A stretch of DNA of 64,000 nucleotides from Auanema rhodensis (Eukaryota; Animalia; Nematoda), in the NCBI GenBank assembly GCA_964057225.1, contig OZ059896.1, positions 18,724,001 through 18,788,000 on the forward strand, given 5' to 3'. Within the stretch, counting starts at the first letter, position 1. Every line of letters starts with the position of its first letter. The position numbers were made by a program, and so were the translations under genes. The notes under the pieces were generated by a model. That model had not been told where the DNA came from. It saw only the letters and a list, made by a program, of their open reading frames with translations, and ran no database searches. This document shows, one piece after another, positions 1 through 11,252 of the stretch.

Positions 1-9
1 CCAGGGTTG
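1..9 (+). tRNA. 3' fragment of tRNA-Arg(TCG) class B (cut by window edge)
   Basis: CCAGGGTTG followed by TTATTTTTT and a B-type spacer. Confidence 0.75.
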
Positions 10-279
10 TTATTTTTTGTTTCAAAAAAATCATTACCTGATAGTTTACATGTTTTATGCTGTATTATCTCATACAATTGAAAAAAATACTAGCAGTAAA
101 ACAAATGCAGTGATGATATTCTCGAGAATGTTCCTATTCAGAGTGAGAAAATATCAAAAATTTCAAGACGGTTTTCTCATAAGGTACTAAAATAAAAGTA
201 TTATTTCATATTATTATTTTTTCAGACCTAGAATCGATAAAAAAAATCAACTACATTTTAGTGAGTTACTAGGTTGGGT

Positions 280-287
280 TATACAAA
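280..287 (+). promoter_or_regulatory. Possible TATA-like TFIIIB element (present in every unit)
   Basis: TATACAAA lies at -34 to -27 from the mature 5' end. The position fits, but the flank is AT-rich anyway. Confidence 0.4.
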
Positions 288-320
288 TTGTCTAATTTGA
301 ATGCGATTTAAATGGCCTTG

Positions 321-331
321 TGGCCTAATGG
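321..331 (+). promoter_or_regulatory. Pol III type-2 internal promoter, A box (present in every unit)
   Basis: TGGCCTAATGG matches TRGYNNARNGG. Confidence 0.9.
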
Positions 332-364
332 ATAAGGCGTCGGACTTCGGATCCGAAGATTGTA

Positions 365-375
365 GGTTCGAGTCC
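365..375 (+). promoter_or_regulatory. Pol III type-2 internal promoter, B box (present in every unit)
   Basis: GGTTCGAGTCC matches GGTTCGANTCC. Confidence 0.92.
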
Positions 376-389
376 TGCCAGGGTCGTTA

Positions 390-395
390 TTTTTT
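390..395 (+). terminator. Pol III oligo-dT terminator (present in every unit)
   Basis: TTTTTT begins 4 nt after discriminator G73. Confidence 0.88.
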
Positions 396-690
396 GTTTC
401 AAAACAATCATTACCTGATAGTTTACATGTTTTATTCTATATTATCTCATACAATTGAAAAAAATACTAGCAGTAAAACAAATGCAGTGTTAATATTCTC
501 GAGAATGTTCCTATTCAGAGTGAGAAAATATCGAAAATTTCCCGAAGCTTTTCTCATAAGGTACTAAAATAAAAGTATTATTTCATATTATTATTTTTTC
601 AGACCTAGAATCGATAAAAAAAATTAACTACATTTTAGTGAGTTACTGGGTTGGGTTATACAAATTGTCTAATTAGAATGCGATTTAGAT

Positions 691-763
691 GGCCTTGTGG
701 TCTAATGGATAAGGCGTCGGACTTCGGATCCGAAGATTTTAGGTTCGAGTCCTGTCAGGGTCG
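691..763 (+). tRNA. tRNA-Arg(TCG), class D
   Basis: C11T, G49T, C65T (U49-U65 mismatch); may be non-functional. Confidence 0.8.
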
Positions 764-1067
764 TTATTTTTTGTTTTAAAAAAATCATTACCTGATAGTT
801 TACATTTTTTATTCTGTATTATCTCATACAATTGAAAAAAATACTAGCAGTAAAACAAATGCAGTGTTAATATTCTCGAGAATGTTCCTATTCAGAGTGA
901 GAAAATATCGAAAATTTCCCGAAGGTTTTCTCATAAGGTACTAAAATAAAAGTATTATTTCATATTATTATTTTTTCAGACCTAGAATCGATAAAAAAAA
1001 TTAACTACATTTTAGTGAGTTACTGGGTTGGGTTATACAAATTGTCTAATTAGAATGCGATTTACAT

Positions 1068-1140
1068 GGCCTTGTGGTCTAATGGATAAGGCGTCGGACT
1101 TCGGATCCGAATGTTGTAGGTTCGAGTCCTGCCAGGGTTG
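1068..1140 (+). tRNA. tRNA-Arg(TCG), class B
   Basis: C11T, G45T, A46G, C72T (G1-U72 wobble); function uncertain. Confidence 0.8.
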
Positions 1141-1444
1141 TTATTTTTTGTTTCAAAAAAATCATTACCTGATAGTTTACATGTTTTATGCTGTATTATC
1201 TCATACAATTGAAAAAAATACTAGCAGTAAAACAAATGCAGTGATGATATTCTCGAGAATGTTCCTATTCAGAGTGAGAAAATATCAAAAATTTCAAGAC
1301 GGTTTTCTCATAAGGTACTAAAATAAAAGTATTATTTCATATTATTATTTTTTCAGACCTAGAATCGATAAAAAAAATCAACTACATTTTAGTGAGTTAC
1401 TAGGTTGGGTTATACAAATTGTCTAATTTGAATGCGATTTAAAT

Positions 1445-1517
1445 GGCCTTGTGGCCTAATGGATAAGGCGTCGGACTTCGGATCCGAAGATTGTAGGTTC
1501 GAGTCCTGCCAGGGTCG
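1445..1517 (+). tRNA. tRNA-Arg(TCG) A
   Basis: As 314-386. Confidence 0.95.
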
Positions 1518-1821
1518 TTATTTTTTGTTTCAAAACAATCATTACCTGATAGTTTACATGTTTTATTCTATATTATCTCATACAATTGAAAAAAATACTA
1601 GCAGTAAAACAAATGCAGTGTTAATATTCTCGAGAATGTTCCTATTCAGAGTGAGAAAATATCGAAAATTTCCCGAAGCTTTTCTCATAAGGTACTAAAA
1701 TAAAAGTATTATTTCATATTATTATTTTTTCAGACCTAGAATCGATAAAAAAAATTAACTACATTTTAGTGAGTTACTGGGTTGGGTTATACAAATTGTC
1801 TAATTAGAATGCGATTTACAT

Positions 1822-1894
1822 GGCCTTGTGGCCTAATGGATAAGGCGTCGGACTTCGGATCCGAAGATTTTAGGTTCGAGTCCTGTCAGGGTCG
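1822..1894 (+). tRNA. tRNA-Arg(TCG), class C
   Basis: G49T, C65T (U49-U65 mismatch). Confidence 0.8.
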
Positions 1895-2199
1895 TTATTT
1901 TTTGTTTTAAAAAAATCATTACCTGATAGTTTACATTTTTTATTCTGTATTATCTCATACAATTGAAAAAAATACTAGCAGTAAAACAAATGCAGTGATA
2001 ATATTCTCGAAAATGTTCCTATTCAGAGTGAGAAAGTATCAAAAATTGCCCGAAGGTTTTCTCATAAGGTACTAAAAGAAAAGTATTATTTCATATTATT
2101 ATTTTTTCAGACCTAGAATCGATAAAAAAAAATCAACTACATTTTAGTGAGTTACTAGGTTGGGTTATACAAATTGCCTAATTTGAATGCGATTTAAAT

Positions 2200-2272
2200 G
2201 GCCTTGTGGCCTAATGGATAAGGCGTCGGACTTCGGATCCGAAGATTGTAGGTTCGAGTCCTGCCAGGGTCG
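2200..2272 (+). tRNA. tRNA-Arg(TCG) A
   Basis: As 314-386. Confidence 0.95.
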
Positions 2273-2576
2273 TTATTTTTTGTTTCAAAACAATCATTAC
2301 CTGATAGTTTACATGTTTTATTCTATATTATCTCATACAATTGAAAAAAATACTAGCAGTAAAACAAATGCAGTGTTAATATTCTCGAGAATGTTCCTAT
2401 TCAGAGTGAGAAAATATCGAAAATTTCCCGAAGGTTTTCTCATAAGGTACTAAAATAAAAGTATTATTTCATATTATTATTTTTTCAGACCTAGAATCGA
2501 TAAAAAAAATTAACTACATTTTAGTGAGTTACTGGGTTGGGTTATACAAATTGTCTAATTAGAATGCGATTTACAT

Positions 2577-2649
2577 GGCCTTGTGGTCTAATGGATAAGG
2601 CGTCGGATTTCGGATCCGAATGTTGTAGGTTCGAGTCCTGCCAGGGTTG
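2577..2649 (+). tRNA. tRNA-Arg(TCG) B'
   Basis: Class B plus C32T. Confidence 0.8.
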
Positions 2650-2953
2650 TTATTTTTTGTTTCAAAAAAATCGTTACCTGATAGTTTACATGTTTTGTGC
2701 TGTATTATCTCATACAATTGAAAAAAATACTAGCAGTAAAACAAATGCAGTGATGATATTCTCGAGAATGTTCCTATTCAGAGTGAGAAAATATCAAAAA
2801 TTTCAAGACGGTTTTCTCATAAGGTACTAAAATAAAAGTATTATTTCATATTATTATTTTTTCAGACCTAGAATCGATAAAAAAAATCAACTACATTTTA
2901 GTGAGTTACTAGGTTGGGTTATACAAATTGTCTAATTTGAATGCGATTTAAAT

Positions 2954-3026
2954 GGCCTTGTGGCCTAATGGATAAGACGTCGGACTTCGGATCCGAAGAT
3001 TGTAGGTTCGAGTCCTGCCAGGGTCG
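2954..3026 (+). tRNA. tRNA-Arg(TCG) A with G24A
   Basis: C11-A24 D-stem mismatch at 2977. Confidence 0.8.
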
Positions 3027-3330
3027 TTATTTTTTGTTTCAAAACAATCATTACCTGATAGTTTACATGTTTTATTCTATATTATCTCATACAATTGAAA
3101 AAAATACTAGCAGTAAAACAAATGCAGTGTTAATATTCTCGAGAATGTTCCTATTCAGAGTGAGAAAATATCGAAAATTTCCCGAAGCTTTTCTCATAAG
3201 GTACTAAAATAAAAGTATTATTTCATATTATTATTTTTTCAGACCTAGAATCGATAAAAAAAATTAACTACATTTTAGTGAGTTACTGGGTTGGGTTATA
3301 CAAATTGTCTAATTAGAATGCGATTTACAT

Positions 3331-3403
3331 GGCCTTGTGGCCTAATGGATAAGGCGTCGGACTTCGGATCCGAAGATTTTAGGTTCGAGTCCTGTCAGGG
3401 TCG
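3331..3403 (+). tRNA. tRNA-Arg(TCG) C
   Basis: Class C. Confidence 0.8.
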
Positions 3404-3708
3404 TTATTTTTTGTTTTAAAAAAATCATTACCTGATAGTTTACATTTTTTATTCTGTATTATCTCATACAATTGAAAAAAATACTAGCAGTAAAACAAAT
3501 GCAGTGATAATATTCTCGAAAATGTTCCTATTCAGAGTGAGAAAGTATCAAAAATTGCCCGAAGGTTTTCTCATAAGGTACTAAAAGAAAAGTATTATTT
3601 CATATTATTATTTTTTCAGACCTAGAATCGATAAAAAAAAATCAACTACATTTTAGTGAGTTACTAGGTTGGGTTATACAAATTGTCTAATTTGAATGCG
3701 ATTTAAAT

Positions 3709-3781
3709 GGCCTTGTGGCCTAATGGATAAGGCGTCGGACTTCGGATCCGAAGATTGTAGGTTCGAGTCCTGCCAGGGTCG
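3709..3781 (+). tRNA. tRNA-Arg(TCG) A
   Basis: As 314-386. Confidence 0.95.
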
Positions 3782-4085
3782 TTATTTTTTGTTTCAAAAC
3801 AATCATTACCTGATAGTTTACATGTTTTATTCTATATTATCTCATACAATTGAAAAAAATACTAGCAGTAAAACAAATGCAGTGTTAATATTCTCGAGAA
3901 TGTTCCTATTCAGAGTGAGAAAATATCGAAAATTTCCCGAAGGTTTTCTCATAAGGTACTAAAATAAAAGAATTATTTCATATTATTATTTTTTCAGACC
4001 TAGAATCGATAAAAAAAATTAACTACATTTTAGTGAGTTACTGGGTTGGGTTATACAAATTGTCTAATTAGAATGCGATTTACAT

Positions 4086-4158
4086 GGCCTTGTGGTCTAA
4101 TGGATAAGGCGTCGGATTTCGGATCCGAATGTTGTAGGTTCGAGTCCTGCCAGGGTTG
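4086..4158 (+). tRNA. tRNA-Arg(TCG) B'
   Basis: Class B plus C32T. Confidence 0.8.
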
Positions 4159-4463
4159 TTATTTTTTGTTTCAAAAAAATCGTTACCTGATAGTTTACAT
4201 GTTTTGTGCTGTATTATCTCATACAATTGAAAAAAATACTAGCAGTAAAACAAATGCAGTGATGATATTCTCGAGAATGTTCCTATTCAGAGTGAGAAAA
4301 TATCAAAAATTTCAAGACGGTTTTCTCATAAGGTACTAAAATAAAAGTATTATTTCATATTATTATTTTTTCAGACCTAGAATCGATAAAAAAAAATCAA
4401 CTACATTTTAGTGAGTTACTAGGTTGGGTTATACAAATTGTCTAATTTGAATGCGATTTAAAT

Positions 4464-4536
4464 GGCCTTGTGGCCTAATGGATAAGGCGTCGGACTTCGG
4501 ATCCGAAGATTGTAGGTTCGAGTCCTGCCAGGGTCG
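4464..4536 (+). tRNA. tRNA-Arg(TCG) A
   Basis: As 314-386. Confidence 0.95.
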
Positions 4537-4840
4537 TTATTTTTTGTTTCAAAACAATCATTACCTGATAGTTTACATGTTTTATTCTATATTATCTCAT
4601 ACAATTGAAAAAAATACTAGCAGTAAAACAAATGCAGTGTTAATATTCTCGAGAATGTTCCTATTCAGAGTGAGAAAATATCGAAAATTTCCCGAAGGTT
4701 TTCTCATAAGGTACTAAAATAAAAGTATTATTTCATATTATTATTTTTTCAGACCTAGAATCGATAAAAAAAATTAACTACATTTTAGTGAGTTACTGGG
4801 TTGGGTTATACAAATTGTCTAATTAGAATGCGATTTACAT

Positions 4841-4913
4841 GGCCTTGTGGTCTAATGGATAAGGCGTCGGACTTCGGATCCGAATGTTGTAGGTTCGACT
4901 CCTGCCAGGGTTG
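4841..4913 (+). tRNA. tRNA-Arg(TCG) B with G59C
   Basis: Class B, T loop TTCGACT. Confidence 0.8.
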
Positions 4914-5218
4914 TTATTTTTTGTTTCAAAAAAATCATTACCTGATAGTTTACATGTTTTATGCTGTATTATCTCATACAATTGAGAAAAATACTAGCAG
5001 TAAAACAAATGCAGTGATAATATTCTCGAAAATGTTCCTATTCAGAGTGAGAAAGTATCAAAAATTTCAAGACGGTTTTCTCATAAGGTACTAAAATAAA
5101 AGTATTATTTCATATTATTATTTTTTCAGACCTAGAATCGATAAAAAAAAATCAACTACATTTTAGTGAGTTACTAGGTTGGGTTATACAAATTGTCTAA
5201 TTTGAATGCGATTTAAAT

Positions 5219-5291
5219 GGCCTTGTGGCCTAATGGATAAGGCGTCGGACTTCGGATCCGAAGATTGTAGGTTCGAGTCCTGCCAGGGTCG
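5219..5291 (+). tRNA. tRNA-Arg(TCG) A
   Basis: As 314-386. Confidence 0.95.
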
Positions 5292-5595
5292 TTATTTTTT
5301 GTTTCAAAACAATCATTACCTGATAGTTTACATGTTTTATTCTATATTATCTCATACAATTGAAAAAAATACTAGCAGTAAAACAAATGCAGTGTTAATA
5401 TTCTCGAGAATGTTCCTATTCAGAGTGAGAAAATATCGAAAATTTCCCGAAGGTTTTCTCATAAGGTACTAAAATAAAAGTATTATTTCATATTATTATT
5501 TTTTCAGACCTAGAATCGATAAAAAAAATTAACTACATTTTAGTGAGTTACTGGGTTGGGTTATACAAATTGTCTAATTAGAATGCGATTTACAT

Positions 5596-5668
5596 GGCCT
5601 TGTGGTCTAATGGATAAGGCGTCGGACTTCGGATCCGAATGTTGTAGGTTCGACTCCTGCCAGGGTTG
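5596..5668 (+). tRNA. tRNA-Arg(TCG) B with G59C
   Basis: Class B, T loop TTCGACT. Confidence 0.8.
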
Positions 5669-5972
5669 TTATTTTTTGTTTCAAAAAAATCATTACCTGA
5701 TAGTTTACATGTTTTATGCTGTATTATCTCATACAATTGAGAAAAATACTAGCAGTAAAACAAATGCAGTGATAATATTCTCGAAAATGTTCCTATTCAG
5801 AGTGAGAAAGTATCAAAAATTGCCCGAAGGTTTTCTCATAAGGTACTAAAATAAAAGTATTATTTCATATTATTATTTTTTCAGACCTAGAATCGATAAA
5901 AAAAATTAACTACATTTTAGTGAGTTACTGGGTTGGGTTATACAAATTGTCTAATTAGAATGCGATTTACAT

Positions 5973-6045
5973 GGCCTTGTGGTCTAATGGATAAGGCGTC
6001 GGACTTCGGATCCGAATGTTGTAGGTTCGAGTCCTGCCAGGGTTG
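5973..6045 (+). tRNA. tRNA-Arg(TCG) B
   Basis: Class B. Confidence 0.8.
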
Positions 6046-6349
6046 TTATTTTTTGTTTCAAAAAAATCATTACCTGATAGTTTACATGCTTTATGCTGTA
6101 TTATCTCATACAATTGAAAAAAATACTAGCAGTAAAACAAATGCAGTGATGATATTCTCGAGAATGTTCCTATTCAGAGTGAGAAAATATCAAAAATTTC
6201 AAGACGGTTTTCTCATAAGGTACTAAAATAAAAGTATTATTTCATATTATTATTTTTTCAGACCTAGAATCGATAAAAAAAATCAACTACATTTTAGTGA
6301 GTTACTAGGTTGGGTTATACAAATTGTCTAATTTGAATGCGATTTAAAT

Positions 6350-6422
6350 GGCCTTGTGGCCTAATGGATAAGGCGTCGGACTTCGGATCCGAAGATTGTA
6401 GGTTCGAGTCCTGCCAGGGTCG
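6350..6422 (+). tRNA. tRNA-Arg(TCG) A
   Basis: As 314-386. Confidence 0.95.
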
Positions 6423-6726
6423 TTATTTTTTGTTTCAAAACAATCATTACCTGATAGTTTACATGTTTTATTCTATATTATCTCATACAATTGAAAAAAA
6501 TACTAGCAGTAAAACAAATGCAGTGTTAATATTCTCGAGAATGTTCCTATTCAGAGTGAGAAAATATCGAAAATTTCCCGAAGCTTTTCTCATAAGGTAC
6601 TAAAATAAAAGTATTATTTCATATTATTATTTTTTCAGACCTAGAATCGATAAAAAAAATTAACTACATTTTAGTGAGTTACTGGGTTGGGTTATACAAA
6701 TTGTCTAATTAGAATGCGATTTACAT

Positions 6727-6799
6727 GGCCTTGTGGCCTAATGGATAAGGCGTCGGACTTCGGATCCGAAGATTTTAGGTTCGAGTCCTGTCAGGGTCG
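6727..6799 (+). tRNA. tRNA-Arg(TCG) C
   Basis: Class C. Confidence 0.8.
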
Positions 6800-7103
6800 T
6801 TATTTTTTGTTTTAAAAAAATCATTACCTGATAGTTTACATTTTTTATTCTGTATTATCTCATACAATTGAAAAAAATACTAGCAGTAAAACAAATGCAG
6901 TGATAATATTCTCGAAAATGTTCCTATTCAGAGTGAGAAAGTATCAAAAATTGCCCGAAGGTTTTCTCATAAGGTACTAAAAGAAAAGTATTATTTCATA
7001 TTATTATTTTTTCAGACCTAGAATCGATAAAAAAAATTAACTACATTTTAGTGAGTTACTGGGTTGGGTTATACAAATTGTCTAATTAGAATGCGATTTA
7101 CAT

Positions 7104-7176
7104 GGCCTTGTGGTCTAATGGATAAGGCGTCGGACTTCGGATCCGAATGTTGTAGGTTCGAGTCCTGCCAGGGTTG
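7104..7176 (+). tRNA. tRNA-Arg(TCG) B
   Basis: Class B. Confidence 0.8.
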
Positions 7177-7480
7177 TTATTTTTTGTTTCAAAAAAATCA
7201 TTACCTGATAGTTCACATGTTTTATGCTGTATTATCTCATACAATTGAAAAAAATACTAGCAGTAAAACAAATGCAGTGATGATATTCTCGAGAATGTTC
7301 CTATTCAGAGTGAGAAAATATCAAAAATTTCAAGACGGTTTTCTCATAAGGTACTAAAATAAAAGTATTATTTCATATTATTATTTTTTCAGACCTAGAA
7401 TCGATAAAAAAAATCAACTACATTTTAGTGAGTTACTAGGTTGGGTTATACAAATTGTCTAATTTGAATGCGATTTAAAT

Positions 7481-7553
7481 GGCCTTGTGGCCTAATGGAT
7501 AAGGCGTCGGATTTCGGATCCGAAGATTGTAGGTTCGAGTCCTGCCAGGGTCG
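7481..7553 (+). tRNA. tRNA-Arg(TCG) A with C32T
   Basis: Anticodon loop TT-TCG-GA. Confidence 0.9.
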
Positions 7554-7857
7554 TTATTTTTTGTTTCAAAACAATCATTACCTGATAGTTTACATGTTTT
7601 ATTCTATATTATCTCATACAATTGAAAAAAATACTAGCAGTAAAACAAATGCAGTGTTAATATTCTCGAGAATGTTCCTAATCAGAGTGAGAAAATATCG
7701 AAAATTTCCCGAAGGTTTTCTCATAAGGTACTAAAATAAAAGTATTATTTCATATTATTATTTTTTCAGACCTAGAATCGATAAAAAAAATTAACTACAT
7801 TTTAGTGAGTTACTGGGTTGGGTTATACAAATTGTCTAATTAGAATGCGATTTACAT

Positions 7858-7930
7858 GGCCTTGTGGCCTAATGGATAAGGCGTCGGACTTCGGATCCGA
7901 AGATTGTAGGTTCGAGTCCTGCCAGGGTCG
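7858..7930 (+). tRNA. tRNA-Arg(TCG) A
   Basis: As 314-386. Confidence 0.95.
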
Positions 7931-8234
7931 TTATTTTTTGTTTCAAAACAATCATTACCTGATAGTTTACATGTTTTATTCTATATTATCTCATACAATT
8001 AAAAAGAATACTAGCAGTAAAACAAATGCAGTGTTAATATTCTCGAAAATGTTCCTATTCAAAGTGAGAAAGTATCAAAAATTTCCCGAAGGTTTTCTCA
8101 TAAGGTACTAAAATAAAAGTATTATTTCATATTATTATTTTTTCAGACCTAGAATCGATATAAAAAATTAACTACATTTTAGTGAGTTACTGGGTTGGGT
8201 TATACAAATTGTCTAATTAGAATGCGATTTACAT

Positions 8235-8307
8235 GGCCTTGTGGCCTAATGGATAAGGCGTCGGACTTCGGATCCGAAGATTGTAGGTTCGAGTCCTGCC
8301 AGGGTCG
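8235..8307 (+). tRNA. tRNA-Arg(TCG) A
   Basis: As 314-386. Confidence 0.95.
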
Positions 8308-8612
8308 TTATTTTTTGTTTCAAAACAATCATTACCTGATAGTTTACATGTTTTATTCTATATTATCTCATACAATTGAAAAGAATACTAGCAGTAAAAC
8401 AAATGCAGTGTTAATATTCTCGAAAATGTTCCTATTCAAAGTGAGAAAGTATCAAAAATTTCCCGAAGGTTTTCTCATAAGGTACTAAAAGAAAAGTATT
8501 ATTTCATATTATTATTTTTTCAGACCTAGAATCGATAAAAAAAAATCAACTACATTTTAGTGAGTTACTAGGTTGGGTTATACAAATTGTCTAATTAGAA
8601 TGCGATTTAGAT

Positions 8613-8685
8613 GGCCTTGTGGTCTAATGGATAAGGCGTCGGACTTCGGATCCGAAGATTTTAGGTTCGAGTCCTGCCAGGGTCG
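8613..8685 (+). tRNA. tRNA-Arg(TCG), class E
   Basis: C11T, G49T (U49-C65 mismatch). Confidence 0.8.
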
Positions 8686-8989
8686 TTATTTTTTGTTTTA
8701 AAAAAATCATTACCTGATAGTTTACATTTTTTATTCTGTATTATCTCATACAATTGAAAAAAATACTAGCAGTAAAACAAATGCAGTAATAATATTCTCG
8801 AAAATGTTCCTATTCAGAATGAGAAAGTATCAAAAATTTCCCGAAGGTTTTCTCATAAGGTACTAAAAGAAAAGTATTATTTCATATTATTATTTTTTCA
8901 GACCTAGAATCGATAAAAAAAATCAACTACATTTTAGTGAGTTACTAGGTTGGGTTATACAAATTGTCTAATTTGAATGCGATTTAAAT

Positions 8990-9062
8990 GGCCTTGTGGC
9001 CTAATGGATAAGGCGTCGGACTTCGGATCCGAAGATTGTAGGTTCGAGTCCTGCCAGGGTCG
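8990..9062 (+). tRNA. tRNA-Arg(TCG) A
   Basis: As 314-386. Confidence 0.95.
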
Positions 9063-9366
9063 TTATTTTTTGTTTCAAAACAATCATTACCTGATAGTTT
9101 ACATGTTTTATTCTATATTATCTCATACAATTGAAAAAAATACTAGCAGTAAAACAAATGCAGTGTTAATATTCTCGAGAATGTTCCTATTCAGAGTGAG
9201 AAAATATCGAAAATTTCCCGAAGCTTTTCTCATAAGGTACTAAAATAAAAGTATTATTTCATATTATTATTTTTTCAGACCTAGAATCGATAAAAAAAAT
9301 TAACTACATTTTAGTGAGTTACTGGGTTGGGTTATACAAATTGTCTAATTAGAATGCGATTTACAT

Positions 9367-9439
9367 GGCCTTGTGGCCTAATGGATAAGGCGTCGGACTT
9401 CGGATCCGAAGATTTTAGGTTCGAGTCCTGTCAGGGTCG
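9367..9439 (+). tRNA. tRNA-Arg(TCG) C
   Basis: Class C. Confidence 0.8.
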
Positions 9440-9743
9440 TTATTTTTTGTTTTAAAAAAATCATTACCTGATAGTTTACATTTTTTATTCTGTATTATCT
9501 CATACAATTGAAAAAAATACTAGCAGTAAAACAAATGCAGTGATAATATTCTCGAAAATGTTCCTATTCAGAGTGAGAAAGTATCAAAAATTGCCCGAAG
9601 GTTTTCTCATAAGGTACTAAAAGAAAAGTATTATTTCATATTATTATTTTTTCAGACCTAGAATCGATAAAAAAAATTAACTACATTTTAGTGAGTTACT
9701 GGGTTGGGTTATACAAATTGTCTAATTAGAATGCGATTTATAT

Positions 9744-9816
9744 GGCCTTGTGGTCTAATGGATAAGGCGTCGGACTTCGGATCCGAATGTTGTAGGTTCG
9801 AGTCCTGCCAGGGTTG
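9744..9816 (+). tRNA. tRNA-Arg(TCG) B
   Basis: Class B. Confidence 0.8.
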
Positions 9817-10120
9817 TTATTTTTTGTTTCAAAAAAATCATTACCTGATAGTTTACATGTTTTATGCTGTATTATCTCATACAATTGAAAAAAATACTAG
9901 CAGTAAAACAAATGCAGTGATGATATTCTCGAGAATGTTCCTATTCAGAGTGAGAAAATATCAAAAATTTCAAGACGGTTTTCTCATAAGGTACTAAAAT
10001 AAAAGTATTATTTCATATTATTATTTTTTCAGACCTAGAATCGATAAAAAAAATCAACTACATTTTAGTGAGTTACTAGGTTGGGTTATACAAATTGTCT
10101 AATTTGAATGCGATTTAAAT

Positions 10121-10193
10121 GGCCTTGTGGCCTAATGGATAAGGCGTCGGATTTCGGATCCGAAGATTGTAGGTTCGAGTCCTGCCAGGGTCG
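10121..10193 (+). tRNA. tRNA-Arg(TCG) A with C32T
   Basis: Anticodon loop TT-TCG-GA. Confidence 0.9.
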
Positions 10194-10497
10194 TTATTTT
10201 TTGTTTCAAAACAATCATTACCTGATAGTTTACATGTTTTATTCTATATTATCTCATACAATTGAAAAAAATACTAGCAGTAAAACAAATGCAGTGTTAA
10301 TATTCTCGAGAATGTTCCTAATCAGAGTGAGAAAATATCGAAAATTTCCCGAAGGTTTTCTCATAAGGTACTAAAATAAAAGTATTATTTCATATTATTA
10401 TTTTTTCAGACCTAGAATCGATAAAAAAAATTAACTACATTTTAGTGAGTTACTGGGTTGGGTTATACAAATTGTCTAATTAGAATGCGATTTACAT

Positions 10498-10570
10498 GGC
10501 CTTGTGGCCTAATGGATAAGGCGTCGGACTTCGGATCCGAAGATTGTAGGTTCGAGTCCTGCCAGGGTCG
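10498..10570 (+). tRNA. tRNA-Arg(TCG) A
   Basis: As 314-386. Confidence 0.95.
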
Positions 10571-10874
10571 TTATTTTTTGTTTCAAAACAATCATTACCT
10601 GATAGTTTACATGTTTTATTCTATATTATCTCATACAATTAAAAAGAATACTAGCAGTAAAACAAATGCAGTGTTAATATTCTCGAAAATGTTCCTATTC
10701 AAAGTGAGAAAGTATCAAAAATTTCCCGAAGGTTTTCTCATAAGGTACTAAAATAAAAGTATTATTTCATATTATTATTTTTTCAGACCTAGAATCGATA
10801 TAAAAAATTAACTACATTTTAGTGAGTTACTGGGTTGGGTTATACAAATTGTCTAATTAGAATGCGATTTACAT

Positions 10875-10947
10875 GGCCTTGTGGCCTAATGGATAAGGCG
10901 TCGGACTTCGGATCCGAAGATTGTAGGTTCGAGTCCTGCCAGGGTCG
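10875..10947 (+). tRNA. tRNA-Arg(TCG) A
   Basis: As 314-386. Confidence 0.95.
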
Positions 10948-11252
10948 TTATTTTTTGTTTCAAAACAATCATTACCTGATAGTTTACATGTTTTATTCTA
11001 TATTATCTCATACAATTGAAAAGAATACTAGCAGTAAAACAAATGCAGTGTTAATATTCTCGAAAATGTTCCTATTCAAAGTGAGAAAGTATCAAAAATT
11101 TCCCGAAGGTTTTCTCATAAGGTACTAAAAGAAAAGTATTATTTCATATTATTATTTTTTCAGACCTAGAATCGATAAAAAAAAATCAACTACATTTTAG
11201 TGAGTTACTAGGTTGGGTTATACAAATTGTCTAATTAGAATGCGATTTAGAT

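Larger units (their letters stand above)
314..386 (+). tRNA. tRNA-Arg(TCG), class A (fully paired)
   Basis: Cloverleaf: acceptor GGCCTTG/CAGGGTC, D stem GCCT/AGGC, anticodon stem TCGGA/TCCGA with loop CT-TCG-GA (anticodon 347-349), T stem GTAGG/CCTGC with loop TTCGAGT. Arg identity elements A20 and C35 are present, G73, no intron, no CCA. Confidence 0.97.
1432..4450 (+). repeat. 4-mer higher-order repeat A1-C-A2-B (1509 bp), two adjacent copies
   Basis: ORF-track offsets 1432->2941, 2187->3696 and 2537->4046 are all 1509. Both B units share private SNPs (C32T, AATCGTT, TTGTGCTG). Confidence 0.9.

Noticed and set aside
268-281. Telomere-like or G-quadruplex motif (TAGGTTGGGTTA / TGGGTTGGGTTA)
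   Set aside because: There are at most two G3 runs and no tandem telomeric repeat.
347-349. Anticodon-switched or suppressor tRNA copies (e.g. TCA from CpG decay)
   Set aside because: Every copy I read retains TCG. The GGATTTCGG variant is C32T, outside the anticodon.
496-511. Heat-shock-element-like CTCgaGAAtgTTC in the spacer
   Set aside because: It has only two perfect nGAAn units, is broken in many spacer classes, and such matches are expected by chance.
314-690. tRNA-derived SINE or tRNA-targeting retroelement
   Set aside because: The cloverleaf is complete and a T6 terminator follows immediately, so the spacer would not be co-transcribed. There are no target-site duplications, tail, LTR or RT ORF, and the 377/378-bp phase is never interrupted.
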